Positions 26,638 through 38,282 of a stretch of 64,000 nucleotides of DNA are shown piece by piece. Each line of letters opens with the position of its first letter. Within the stretch, counting starts at the first letter, position 1. Below the pieces are notes generated by a model. It saw nothing but the letters and a program-made list of their open reading frames with translations. It was not told the origin of the DNA and did no database searches. This stretch comes from Candidatus Rokubacteria bacterium CSP1-6 (GTDB lineage: Bacteria; Methylomirabilota; Methylomirabilia; Rokubacteriales; CSP1-6). The stretch lies in assembly GCA_001443385.1 (NCBI GenBank), contig LDXP01000001.1, forward strand, positions 5,285 to 69,284. Direction: 5' to 3'. Both the position numbers and the translations under genes were made by a program.

Positions 26638-28488
26638 ATGATTGATACCAAGACGGCCGATAAGGAACTCCAGCTCTACATCCGCCCCCAGACCTTCCCG
26701 GTGGCGGTCCGGATGCTCAAGCCGGGAGAGGAAATTCCCGAGAAGGCCAAGCGACCGGCGCGCGATTTCAAGAAGCTCTCTATGAACTGCCAGGTCATCG
26801 ACATGGCGCGCCGCTACGGCTGGATGATCGCCCTCACGCGCGAGGACCACATCTGCTCGCTCGGGATCACCGCGCTGGGGTTCGACACGCCCACCCACAT
26901 CTACACCTCCGGCACGCTCTGCGAGGGGATGTACACGGAGACCAAGGAGGCCGGCCAGCGCTCCGAGGCGGCGGTGGACAAGTTCAAGCCCGGGGAATAT
27001 TACTGCCTGCTGGTCGCCCCGCTCGACCGGGCCACGTTCGAGCCGCACCTGGTCGTGCTCTACGCCAACCCCGCCCAGGTGATGCGGCTCACGCAGGCCG
27101 CGCTCTGGAAGCGGGGCGGCAAGCTCACCTCGTCCTTCCAGGGACGGATCGACTGCTCCGAGATCATCGTCACGACCATGCAGACCGACCAGCCGCAGCT
27201 GATCCTCCCCTGCTCCGGCGACCGGATCTTCGGCCAGACCCAGGACCACGAGATGGCCTTCACGATCCCCTGGGACCGGATGGAGGAGATCATCGAAGGG
27301 CTCAAGGGCACCCATCAGGGGGGGATCCGCTATCCGATCACCCAGTTCATGGAGTACGAGGCCAAGCTGCCGCCCAAGTACATGGAGGTCAACCGGCTCT
27401 GGGACGTGGAGAAGGGCAAGGCCCAGTACACGCCCCGGGACCGCGTCGTGGCGGCCTACAAGGGGAGCTTCGCCGACCGCGTCCCGGTCTACCCCATCGC
27501 CGGTTCCTTCGCGGGCTGCCTGGACGGCCTCTCCATCGAGGAGTACTGCACGGACCCCAAGAAGGCCGTGAAGGCCATGCTGAACTACTACGAGCGCTAC
27601 CAGCCGGACGTGATGCTGGCGTACAACGACCTGGCCAAAGAGGCCGAGGCCGTCGGCTGCAAGGTGAAGTACTCCGACTACGTCGTCCCCTCGATCGCGA
27701 CCCACGTCCTCCAGGACGACAAGGGGAAGTTGGCGAAGCTGGAGATCCCCGACCCCTACAAGGACGGCCGCCTGCCGGGCTTCCTGGAGCAGTGCGAGGC
27801 GCTGTCGAAGGCCAACTTCCCCAGCGCCCTCGGCGCGGTGCTCGTGGGGCCCTGGACGATCGCCATGCTGATGCGGAACCCGGAGGTGATGCTGCTGGAC
27901 ACCTTCGAGGACCCGGAGTTCATCCATGCCCTGATGCGCTTCGCCACCGAGTACGCCAAGCGCTTCGGCGACGCCGTGATCAAGACCAAGATCGGCCTCT
28001 CCTACTCCGACCCCACGGCGTCCTGCAGCCTCGTCGGCCCGGACACCTACCGGGAGTTCATCAAGCCCTACCACAAGGAGCTGGTGGACTACTTCAAGGC
28101 CAAGAAGGTCAACGTGACCGTCCACATCTGCGGCACGACCCACCAGATCTACGAGGACCTGCTCGACGCGGGGTTCACCACCGTCACGATCGACCTCGAC
28201 CAGCAGGCCGACCCGAAGCTCCGGGTGGACCAGCTGAAGCGCCTCGTCGAGCTGGCCTCCTCGCGGAACGTCGTGACCATCGGCAACGTGGACGCCACCA
28301 TCTTCGAGCGGGCCACGAAGGAGGAGATGGAGGCGGAGGTGCGGCGCTGCATCGACACGGCGGCCCGCTTCTCCCGCTACGTGCTCTCCACCTCCTGCGA
28401 GCTACCGCCCCGCGCCAAGCCCGAGATCGTCCAGTGGTTCATGGACGCCGCCCACGACTACGGTCGCTACGAACGCCTGATGGGATAA
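26638..28488 (+). CDS. DUF169-domain::uroporphyrinogen decarboxylase-family (MtaA/CmuA-like methyltransferase) fusion protein
   Basis: 616 aa. The N-terminal ~230 aa resemble DUF169/COG2043 (PVAVRMLKPGE..., MNCQVIDMARRYGW, Cys-rich). The C-terminal ~380 aa resemble the URO-D/MtaA family (VPVYPIAGSFAGCLDGLSIEEYCTDPKKAVKAMLNYYERY...). Confidence 0.7.
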   Translation: MIDTKTADKELQLYIRPQTFPVAVRMLKPGEEIPEKAKRPARDFKKLSMNCQVIDMARRYGWMIALTREDHICSLGITALGFDTPTHIYTSGTLCEGMYTETKEAGQRSEAAVDKFKPGEYYCLLVAPLDRATFEPHLVVLYANPAQVMRLTQAALWKRGGKLTSSFQGRIDCSEIIVTTMQTDQPQLILPCSGDRIFGQTQDHEMAFTIPWDRMEEIIEGLKGTHQGGIRYPITQFMEYEAKLPPKYMEVNRLWDVEKGKAQYTPRDRVVAAYKGSFADRVPVYPIAGSFAGCLDGLSIEEYCTDPKKAVKAMLNYYERYQPDVMLAYNDLAKEAEAVGCKVKYSDYVVPSIATHVLQDDKGKLAKLEIPDPYKDGRLPGFLEQCEALSKANFPSALGAVLVGPWTIAMLMRNPEVMLLDTFEDPEFIHALMRFATEYAKRFGDAVIKTKIGLSYSDPTASCSLVGPDTYREFIKPYHKELVDYFKAKKVNVTVHICGTTHQIYEDLLDAGFTTVTIDLDQQADPKLRVDQLKRLVELASSRNVVTIGNVDATIFERATKEEMEAEVRRCIDTAARFSRYVLSTSCELPPRAKPEIVQWFMDAAHDYGRYERLMG

Positions 28489-28520
28489 GGGAAGAGATCC
28501 GGGAGGTCCGATAGAAGCAA

Positions 28521-28556
28521 AAGCGGCGCGGTGGGGTGATCCCGCCGCGCCGCTTC
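28521..28556. terminator. GC-rich hairpin, probable bidirectional terminator between convergent genes
   Basis: AAGCGGCGCGGTGGGG-TGAT-CCCGCCGCGCCGCTT forms a ~14-bp stem flanked by A/T-containing tracts. It lies between the plus-strand gene end (28488) and the minus-strand gene end (28576). Confidence 0.55.
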
Positions 28557-28575
28557 TATAGTCGGTGAGCCGGAC

Positions 28576-28935
28576 CTACCAGCGGAAGGGCTTGGGCGAC
28601 CTGCCGCCTCCGAAACCGCCGCCGCGACGGTCACCGAAGCCTCCTCCGGGGCGACCGCCGCCCGGCCGGCCGCCGCCGGAGCGCGCGCCCTGGGGGTTGG
28701 CCGTGTTGACGATCAGCCGGCGGCCATCGAGCTCGCGACCGTTGAGCTGGGCGATGGCCTGCTGGGCCTCCTCCGTCGTGGACATCTCCACGAACCCGAA
28801 GCCCTTCGACTGGCCCGAGAACTTGTCGGTGATCACGGTGGCGGACTCGACGGTCCCGCACTGGGTGAAGAACTCGCGCAGACCCTCGGTGGTGGTGGAG
28901 TAGGACAAACCGCCGACGTACAGCTTGGACGCCAT
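28576..28935 (-). CDS. RRM-type RNA-binding protein with Gly/Arg-rich tail
   Basis: RNP motifs LYVGGLSY (RNP2) and KGFGFVEM (RNP1), with a C-terminal GGRPGGG repeat. Start at the ATG (MASKLYVGG), which has AAGGAGG upstream. Confidence 0.85.
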   Translation of the reverse strand: MASKLYVGGLSYSTTTEGLREFFTQCGTVESATVITDKFSGQSKGFGFVEMSTTEEAQQAIAQLNGRELDGRRLIVNTANPQGARSGGGRPGGGRPGGGFGDRRGGGFGGGRSPKPFRW

Positions 28936-29106
28936 GGGCGCCTCCTTGTGGTCCCCGCGCGTCAGCGCAGGGTCGATCTCTTCCGCTCGAGTTTCACGCC
29001 CCGACATGCGGAAGAGATGCTAGCGGAGGCGAGGCATGCACTACGGCACACACCAACTAGTATACAGCATGATCGGGTCTTAGGCCCGACAAGAAGTGGA
29101 GCCCCT

Positions 29107-29487
29107 TCATCGGCCCGGGCGAATGGTTGCCGCCGCCGTCAGGGCCTCCGCCTTCCGCACGAGGTCGTCCACCGGGAAGGGCTTCGAAAGCACCTGGAAC
29201 CCGAGAACCTGGTACCGGACGCGCTCGGGCAGTGGCACTTCCTCGGAGACCAGCACCACCACCGGGACTCCGGGTGCCACCGCTTCGAACAGCTTCGCCT
29301 GATCCACGGCGGGAAGCCGCAGGAGGCCCGAGTCCACGAGCACCGCCGAGACAGGCCTGTCGAGCAGGAAGCGGATTCCCTCGCAGACGTTCTCGGCGAT
29401 TCCCACGGCGATGCCTCGTTCGAGGCAGGCCAGCCCGACGCGCTGCGCGAAGGGCCTATCATGATCAATCAGAAGGATCCCGGTCAT
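29107..29487 (-). CDS. single-domain response regulator (CheY-like receiver)
   Basis: Receiver-domain pattern (ILLIDHD...VLVDSGL...LSKPF). Start at the ATG (MTGILLID), which has AAGGAG upstream. No output domain. Confidence 0.65.
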   Translation of the reverse strand: MTGILLIDHDRPFAQRVGLACLERGIAVGIAENVCEGIRFLLDRPVSAVLVDSGLLRLPAVDQAKLFEAVAPGVPVVVLVSEEVPLPERVRYQVLGFQVLSKPFPVDDLVRKAEALTAAATIRPGR

Positions 29488-29654
29488 GGGTCTATCGTCT
29501 CCTTTGGACGTTGGTAATCCTTTCACAAGCAAGCGGAATGCCACCCCGTCGGATTTGAAGGAGTGCCGAGAACTCAGCCGGATGAGCGACGGGGGAGAGG
29601 AAAAGTCCCTGTAAAATCGGGCACTTTGCCCGATCTGTGCCGCCCTGGATCGGG

Positions 29655-30206
29655 CTATTTGCTGGCGAGCCCCTTTTCCTTGGCCCTCAGGTCACACGCC
29701 TGGAAGGGGTAGCCGCAGGGGCACTCGAAGCAAAGCTGGTCGGTCTTCGATGTCAGGATCATCCCGTCCGAGTGGCCGCATGTCAGCGAATGACCCGAAA
29801 CACCCGGGAGGAAACCGAAGAGGTAGAACTGGGCGGGATTCCCCTCGCGCTCCACGGCGAGCATCGTGTACTTGGAGAGATCCTCGGTGGTCTTCACCTC
29901 TACGATCGCCTGGCCGAGCTTGGCGTTCCGGCCGCCGAGGAGCAGGATGGGAGCGAGGACCTTCCGCTCGCGCGTCCGGTCGTCGAAGAGCAGGAGCACG
30001 TACCTTTTCCCCTCCGGAAGGCCGAAGAGCTTGCCGGTGATCGTTCCCCCTTCAATCTTGAGGACGCCGGCGCCGCCCCGTGGATCCGAGTAGCTCCCGG
30101 ACTGGTGCCATCCCCCCATCAAATAGACGAGCCCTCCCGGCCCCGGCGCCGACTGGGCCCACGCGGAGGTCGCCAACAGCCCACCCGCCAGCAGCCCGAT
30201 GGTCAT
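29655..30206 (-). CDS. hypothetical exported protein with C-terminal Cys-rich motif (CFECPCGYPFQAC)
   Basis: Start at the internal ATG giving the signal peptide MTIGLLAGGLLATSAWAQ. There are 6 Cys in the last 40 aa. It lies immediately downstream of the NtrC-type regulator. Confidence 0.55.
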   Translation of the reverse strand: MTIGLLAGGLLATSAWAQSAPGPGGLVYLMGGWHQSGSYSDPRGGAGVLKIEGGTITGKLFGLPEGKRYVLLLFDDRTRERKVLAPILLLGGRNAKLGQAIVEVKTTEDLSKYTMLAVEREGNPAQFYLFGFLPGVSGHSLTCGHSDGMILTSKTDQLCFECPCGYPFQACDLRAKEKGLASK

Positions 30207-30309
30207 CGCTCTTCTGTGCCTCACGGCTCGTTTCCCCCTCTCGCCCGGTATCCTGCCCCCGCAAGCCTGGGAAGATGTCACAGCGAGGTCAAGATTCTGT
30301 GGGACTTCC

Positions 30310-31655
<1,346 letters not shown>

Positions 31656-31659
<4 letters not shown>

Positions 31660-34600
31660 GGGCGCTCGCTTCTCTCCCCGCGGGGCAGGACGACACGGAA
31701 CGTGCTCCCCCGGCCCATCCGCGTCGAGACCTCGATGCGCCCGCCGTGGTCCGCCACGATACCCTGCGCGATGGCCAGCCCCAGGCCGGTCCCCTGCCCC
31801 GGCGGCTTGGTCGTGAAGAACGGATCGAAGATCCTCGGCAGGGCGGTATCCGGGATCCCCGGCCCTTCATCGTCGAACTCCACGGCGAATTCGCCGTCCG
31901 GCAGCCGCCGCGATTTCACCGTGAGGCGTCCCTTGCCCTCCATCGCCTCGAGCGCGTTGGCGGCCAGTCCGAGGAACACCTGGCGGATCTGCCCCTCGTT
32001 CACCACCGCCGGGGGCAGCGCGGGATCCAGTTCGGTCGCGTACTGCGCGCCGGCGAAGCGGGGCTGGTGCCGCAGGAGGTCCAGCGCCTTTTCCACGAGG
32101 CCGTTGAGATCGGTGGGGACGCGGCTGCTCCCGGGCTCGCGCACGAACTGGAGCAGGCTTCCGGTGATCTCCTTGCAGCGAAACGCCTCCTCCTCGATGA
32201 TGGCCAAGTACGAGGAAAAATCCTGGAAAGCGGGATTGGCGCCGAGCGACGGGTCCTTGGCCCGCTCGCGCAGCGATTCGGCGCACCCCGCGATGGTGGC
32301 GAGCGGATTGTTCAGCTCGTGGGCCACCCCCGCCGCCAGGCGCCCCGCGACGGTCAGCCGCTCGGTCAGCAGCATCTGCTGGGCCAGCCGCTTCTGGAGC
32401 GTGATGTCCTCGATGAGGACCACCGCGTGCGTTTCCGCCTCCTCCGTGGACGCCAGCGGCGCGGCCGTGAGGCGGAGCGTCCGGGGCCGGCCATCGACGG
32501 TCATCTCCTGCTCGACCCGGCGCACCTCCCGCGCACCGAGCGCCGTGACGAGAAACTCGCCCACCTCGTGCCGCTTGTCTTCTGGAAACAGGGAGAGGAA
32601 AGAGGAGCCCCGGCCCGCCTCGCACGGGAGCACCTCGAGCCCCGCCCGGTTGGCGGTGACCACCCCGAGGTGGCCGTCGAGCACGTACAGGCCGAGGGGG
32701 AGGGTCTCCAGGATCACCTCGACGAAGCGCTTCTGCTGGTCGAGCGCGCGCGTCCGCTCCTCCACCATGGTCTCGAGCTGCTCGGAGTACGTCCGCACCG
32801 ATGAGAAGAGGCGCGCGTGCTCCAGCGCCATGGCCGCCTGGTCGGCGAACGCCGAGAGGAGATTCTCCTCGTCCTCGGAGAAATGGTGGATGTCCTTCCG
32901 GAAGACCGTGATCGCCCCGGTCGCGCCGTCTCCGACGAGCAGGGGGACCGCGAGCATCGACCGGAACCCGCTCTCCCTCGGCAGCTGCGGGAAGCGGACC
33001 CGCGGGTCGTTCCAGAGATCGGCGCTCTGGACGGGACGCCGCAGCAGCACCGCCATCCCTGTGATCCCCTCGCCCACCCGAATCCGGATCCGCCCCAGCA
33101 CCTCCCGGGCCAGATCGAGGCTGCCCACCGAGTAGAGCTCGCCCTTCTCGGGGTCCAGCCCCATGAGGCCGCAGGACTCTGCGCCCAGCACCTCCCGGGC
33201 CTGTTCGAGAATCACCCGGATCGTCTCGTTGGGATCGAGGCTCCGGTTGACCGCCCGACCCGCTTCGTTCAGCGCCTGCATCTGCCGGGCCCAGCGGACC
33301 CGCTCCTCGAAGAGGCGGGCGTTCTGGATGGCGATGCCGGCCTGATCGGCGAACGCCTCGAGCAGCGTCTGGTGGTGGGCCCCGAAGGCGCCCACGGCGG
33401 TCGCGAACGTGGAGATCACGCCGATGATCTCCTCGCCCACGCGGAGCGGGACGGCCAGCATGGACCGGATCCCCTCCCGCTCGTCCACGTCCCGCTGAGC
33501 CGAGCGCGGATCCTCCCGGATGTCGTCCGTACAGATGGGCACGCCGTTCATGGCGACGCGGCCGATGATCCCCTCCCCCACGGCCAGGGACAGGGACCGC
33601 CATTCGGCAGTCCGAAACCCATGGGCGGCCACGTGGCCGACATGGCTCCGCTCGGCGTCGAGGAGGCCGATCCCGCATCCCGTGCCGCCGGTGAGCTCCG
33701 TCACCGAGCGGATGATCGCCTCGAGCACCGCCGGCAGGTAGAGCCGCGCGGTGATGAGCTGGCTGGTCCGGTACAGCGCGCCCAGCTCCTCCGCCCGCTG
33801 ACGGGTCTCGCTCAGGAGCCGCCGGTTCTCCATGGCGGCGGCCAGAAGGATCGCGACCTCCAGGAGGATCTCGACGGCCTCGTCGTCGAAGGCCAGGGGC
33901 CGCCGGTGGCAGAGGTTCAGCGTCCCCGCCACCTCCTCGCCGGAGGAGAGCGGCACCACCACTGCGGACCGGTACCCGCGGGCGGAGAGGATCTCGCGGC
34001 TCTGCGACGGGACCGACGGGTGCGTGAGGTCATCCACGCGCCGGGGAATCCGGCGCTCCGCCACCCATCCGACCAGGGTTTCGGCGAGCGGCAAGCGCGG
34101 CTCGCTCACCGGCAGCGGGACCGACCGGGCCGTGACGTCAACGGCCCTGAACTGCCGGCGCTCCCGATCGATCAGCGTCACGGCGAGGGCATCGAACTCG
34201 ACCAGCCGGGCGACGGCGGCGGAGAACGCCTGATAGATTTCCTCGAGGGGAACGGTGGACGCCAGCAGGGCGGTGATGTCGTTCATCACCGAGAGTCGAA
34301 GCGTGCGCTGGTGCAGGCGCCAGACCTGCTCCAGAGAGCTTCCGAATTCGCGGAGAAACGCCGGGGGCAGCGCCGCTCTGATGGGACCGCGGCGCCCCGC
34401 CGGGGCGAGGAGCAGGAGCCGGCCCGCAGGCCGGGTCCCGGGGCCGATGGGGAGATGGAGCAGGCCGGACCGGCCGGGGCCCTTCCAGCCGGGAGGCGCA
34501 GTCACCGGGGATTTCCCAGGGCGCGGGGGGAGCGCGAGCAGATCGCGGAGCCAGCGATCGAGGGCGGGAGCGCCCCGGGTGCCCACGAGAACGGAAATGG

Positions 34601-34751
34601 GGGCGCCGCGACGGGGAAAGAACACCAGGCCCGCCGCCCGCGCCCCGGTGAGCTGAAGCAGGAGCTTCAGCGATCGGGCCAGCCCCTCCTCGAGGGACTG
34701 GGCGCCGGCGAGAGCGCTGATGAGCCCCAGGGCGACGGCGCTCGCCTTCAT
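31656..34751 (-). CDS. multi-sensor histidine kinase with several GAF domains, HisKA and HATPase_c
   Basis: 1031 aa with repeated GAF-like segments, a PAS-like region, an H-box (HELNNPLATI), and N/G1/G2 boxes (DEGPGIP...GTGLGLAI). Confidence 0.88.
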
Positions 34752-34803
34752 GGCCCTATGATAGCAGTTGGCGCCCTACTGGGAATCCCACACCGGAAGG
34801 CAC

Positions 34804-36402
34804 CTACGGGGGAGTCAGGACGCGGCCGGGAAGCGAGCCGGTGTGCTCTCCTCCCTTGATCACCAGCCGCCCGTTGACCAGCACGTACTCGATCCCGGCC
34901 GCGTACTGGTGCGGCTCGGCGTAGGTCGCGCGATCGGTCACGGTCTTCGCGTTGAAGGCCACCAGGTCGGCCTTGGCACCCACCCGGATGACGCCGCGGT
35001 CCTTGAGCCCCAGCTTCTTCGCCGGCAAGCTGGTCATCTTGCGGACCGCCTGCTCGACGGAGAGGAGGCGCTCGTCCCGGCAGTAGCGGGCCAACACCCG
35101 CGGGAATGTTCCGTAACTACGCGGGTGGGGTTTCCCCTGCCCGAGCTCGCCGTGGGTGGCGAGGGCGGAGCCGTCGGAGCCGATCATCACGTGCGGGTGT
35201 CCGAGGGCGACTCTCAGATCGGCCTCGTCGAGCTGGAAGAGGATCATGCACGCCTTGCCGCGCCCGGCCAGGATCAGATCCAGCGCGGCGTCCGCGGGAG
35301 CGACCCCCAGGTCCCTCGCGATCTCTGCGAGACGTCTGCCCTCAGCCTCCCGGCGACCGGGGGCGTAGGCGATCATGATTCCGTCCCAGCCGGCGTTCGC
35401 CACCAGATCTTCTTCCCCCCGCTTTCCCGCCTCGACCTCCGCCCGGATCCGGGCGCGCTCCGCCGGGTCCTGGAGCCGCTCCAGCATCGCCTCCACGCCG
35501 CCCTCCAGGGCCCATCCGGGCAGCAGGGTGCGGAGCGTGGTGCTCGAGGCCGTGTAGGGATAGACGTCGGCGGTGACGTCGAGCCCCTCGGCCCGCGCGG
35601 CGTCGATCAGCGCCAGGGCGTCCTTGACCTTGCCCCAGTGCGGGCGCCCCGCGGCCTTGATGTGGCTCACCTGCACGGGCAGCTCGCCTTCCCGGCCGAC
35701 GCGGATCGCTTCCGCCACCGAGTCCAGGAGGTTCGCCCCCTCGCCCCGGATGTGGCTCGCGTAGAACCCGCGCTGGCGGCCGGCCACCGTCGCGAGCTCG
35801 ATGATCTCGTCGGTCTCGGCGTACGAGCCCGGCGCGTAGATCAGCCCTGTGGAGATCCCCCACGCCCCGCCCTCGAGGCTCTCGGCCACGAGCCGCTTCA
35901 TGTGGGCCAGCTCGCGGTCGCTCGGCTTCCGCCGGGCGAAGCCCATCGCCGCGATGCGGAGCGTGCCGTGGCCCACGAGCTGGATAAGGTTGAGCGCGCA
36001 GCCGCCCTGATCGAAACGCCGGAGATATTCCTCGACCGACTGCCAGGAAAAGTCCATGCCCTCCGGCAGGTAGAGGGCGAAGCCCCGCAGGTCCTCGCGG
36101 AAGGAGGGGTTCACGGGCGCCGGGGAGAAGCCGCAGTTGCCCACGACCTCCGTGGTGACGCCCTGGCGGACCTTGGACTCGGCGCGCCGGTTCGCCCAGA
36201 GCCGCCAGTCGGAATGCGAGTGCACGTCGATGAACCCCGGCGCCAACGTCAAGCCGGACGCGCGCAGGGTCGTCCCGGCCGGCTCCCGCGAGAGATCGCC
36301 TACGGCCGCGATGGCCTCGCCCGTGATGCCGACGTCGGCCCTGAACCCGGTCGCGCCGGTGCCGTCCACGACGGTGGCGCCCTCGATCTTGGTGTCGAGC
36401 AT
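34804..36402 (-). CDS. N-acyl-D-amino-acid deacylase (D-aminoacylase), amidohydrolase superfamily
   Basis: 532 aa with the metal-binding HSH motif (FIDVHSHSD) and overall D-aminoacylase architecture including the C-terminal beta domain. Confidence 0.82.
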   Translation of the reverse strand: MLDTKIEGATVVDGTGATGFRADVGITGEAIAAVGDLSREPAGTTLRASGLTLAPGFIDVHSHSDWRLWANRRAESKVRQGVTTEVVGNCGFSPAPVNPSFREDLRGFALYLPEGMDFSWQSVEEYLRRFDQGGCALNLIQLVGHGTLRIAAMGFARRKPSDRELAHMKRLVAESLEGGAWGISTGLIYAPGSYAETDEIIELATVAGRQRGFYASHIRGEGANLLDSVAEAIRVGREGELPVQVSHIKAAGRPHWGKVKDALALIDAARAEGLDVTADVYPYTASSTTLRTLLPGWALEGGVEAMLERLQDPAERARIRAEVEAGKRGEEDLVANAGWDGIMIAYAPGRREAEGRRLAEIARDLGVAPADAALDLILAGRGKACMILFQLDEADLRVALGHPHVMIGSDGSALATHGELGQGKPHPRSYGTFPRVLARYCRDERLLSVEQAVRKMTSLPAKKLGLKDRGVIRVGAKADLVAFNAKTVTDRATYAEPHQYAAGIEYVLVNGRLVIKGGEHTGSLPGRVLTPP

Positions 36403-36411
36403 CAGGCGGGC

Positions 36412-38268
36412 TTAGGCGACCACGGCCGGGTCGAAGCGCATGACGACGTAGCCGCCGACCGCGCCGGCGCCGAACCCGGGCGCGAAGATCCTCATCGGAC
36501 GGGTGATCACGCCTTCCCTGACGGCGTCGTGGAGGGCGATGGGAATGCTGGCAGACGACGTATTCCCGACCTTCGCGATGTTGAAGTACAAGCGCTCGGG
36601 CGCGACGCCGGCCGCCTGGGCCAGGCTGACCACCATGGTCTTGTTGGCCTGGTGGGGGACGATCAGCTCGATCGCATCCATCAGGGAGCCCGGCCGGCCG
36701 TCGGGGTGGGGCAGCGACGTCAGCTCGTCGATCATCTGGGTGAGGTAGCGCTTGGCGAGGTTCCGCACCTCCGGGCCATAGACGGTGATGTTGTTGTCGA
36801 ACTCCGGGTTGGGCCAGATGATGGAATCCACCTCGCTCATCGGGCCGCTGGCGTACGTCTGGAACACCTCGATGTCGGGCGGGGCGCCCTCGGGAGCGGG
36901 TGCGATCACCAGCGCCGCGGCGCCGTCGCCGAAGATCATCCGGGAGGTCCGCACCGTGCCGATCTTGTCGGAGAACTTCTCGCCGCAGACCACCAGCGCC
37001 GGGCGCTCCGTTTCCTGGAGCAGGCGCACCGCCTCGGCCAGCCCGTAGGGCAGGCCAGCGCAGGCGGCGACGATGTCGCAGGAGGCGTGGGTCTGGAAGA
37101 TCCCCATCTGCCCCGACAGCCAGGTCGCCAGCGACGGCATCATCTTGGCGCTGGTGCACGAGCAGAAGAGGACCGCCCCGATCTCCTCCGGCCGGCGCCC
37201 GGATTTCCGGAGGGCCGCCTGAGCCGCCAGGAACGCCATGTGATCCAGGTCGAGCTCGGTATAGAGCCGCTGCTCGATGCCGGTCTTGTGCAGGATCTCT
37301 TCGGCCGTCATCGGCGACCAGCAGAACGCGGCGTTGCGGATGAGGTCCTCGTTGGTGCAGGCGACCTCGCCCTTGTACACGGCCAGCGCCTCGAGGCGCG
37401 GCATCACGGAGAACCGCCGGCGCACGTCCACCGCCGGGAACGGCGCCACTGGAGGGCGGGACTCCGCCGGAGCCGGCCGGCGCTGCCGAACGCGCCGTCC
37501 GCTCTTCACGCGGCGGATGAACTGGAGGACCTCGTCGTTCCGGGAATGGAAGACGACCACGAAGTCGTCATCGTGAAGCCTGCCAACCTCGGTGAGCCGC
37601 GTCTTGGTCCGATCCCAGCGGAACTGGTTGTGCAGCACCATCGCCTGCCGCAGCAGGGCCTCGATCTCGGGGACCCGGTGCGTGCACTCGATGATCTCCT
37701 CGTGGCTGTAGCCCGGGTAATCGGGCTCGTGCGTGAGGAGGTGGTAGGTCAGGTTCTTCGGATTGGACAGGATCTCCGGCACCGTCGGCTTGATGGCCGG
37801 CAGCTCCGCCCCGGCCCCCTTCTTGTGACGGAAGACATCGAGCAGGGTGCGCGAGATCTTATCCTCGGTCCCCTCGTCCCACGTCGGGGGCAGCGCCCGG
37901 TAGCCGGCCTCGATCACGGCGGTCAGCTCGGCCCCCTCCCACGGCTTGAACACCGGCAGGAAGATGTCGTCTCGGTGCCGGGGCACGTCCCGCCAGCGGG
38001 CGGGGCGCTTCTCGTACATCGTCATCGCGTAGCGATTCACCCAGAAGAGGTTCAGCGCCAAGTCCCGCAGCAACTCGTAGCGCCCCTTGTACTCGCGCGC
38101 CTCCACCCGGGCGACGATGTCCGTCTCCGAGGGCGCCTTCTCCTCGAGGTCCCGCTTGATGGCGGCGGCGAACTGCTCGAGCGTCTCGAAGACCGAGAAG
38201 TCGAATTCCGGGAAAAAGTTGGAGGGGAAGACGATGCGACCGTAGCGGTTGACGACGAACGGTTTCAT
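36412..38268 (-). CDS. fusion of an uncharacterised ~290-aa N-terminal domain and a 3-oxoacyl-ACP synthase III (KAS III/FabH-like) domain
   Basis: The C-terminal ~330 aa carry the FabH catalytic triad context (AACAGL Cys, HQANKTM His, GNTSSASIP Asn). The N-terminal 290 aa (MKPFVVNRYGRIVFPSNFFPEFDF...) match no family I recognise. Confidence 0.75.
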   Translation of the reverse strand: MKPFVVNRYGRIVFPSNFFPEFDFSVFETLEQFAAAIKRDLEEKAPSETDIVARVEAREYKGRYELLRDLALNLFWVNRYAMTMYEKRPARWRDVPRHRDDIFLPVFKPWEGAELTAVIEAGYRALPPTWDEGTEDKISRTLLDVFRHKKGAGAELPAIKPTVPEILSNPKNLTYHLLTHEPDYPGYSHEEIIECTHRVPEIEALLRQAMVLHNQFRWDRTKTRLTEVGRLHDDDFVVVFHSRNDEVLQFIRRVKSGRRVRQRRPAPAESRPPVAPFPAVDVRRRFSVMPRLEALAVYKGEVACTNEDLIRNAAFCWSPMTAEEILHKTGIEQRLYTELDLDHMAFLAAQAALRKSGRRPEEIGAVLFCSCTSAKMMPSLATWLSGQMGIFQTHASCDIVAACAGLPYGLAEAVRLLQETERPALVVCGEKFSDKIGTVRTSRMIFGDGAAALVIAPAPEGAPPDIEVFQTYASGPMSEVDSIIWPNPEFDNNITVYGPEVRNLAKRYLTQMIDELTSLPHPDGRPGSLMDAIELIVPHQANKTMVVSLAQAAGVAPERLYFNIAKVGNTSSASIPIALHDAVREGVITRPMRIFAPGFGAGAVGGYVVMRFDPAVVA

Positions 38269-38282
38269 GGCGGGACTCCCTA

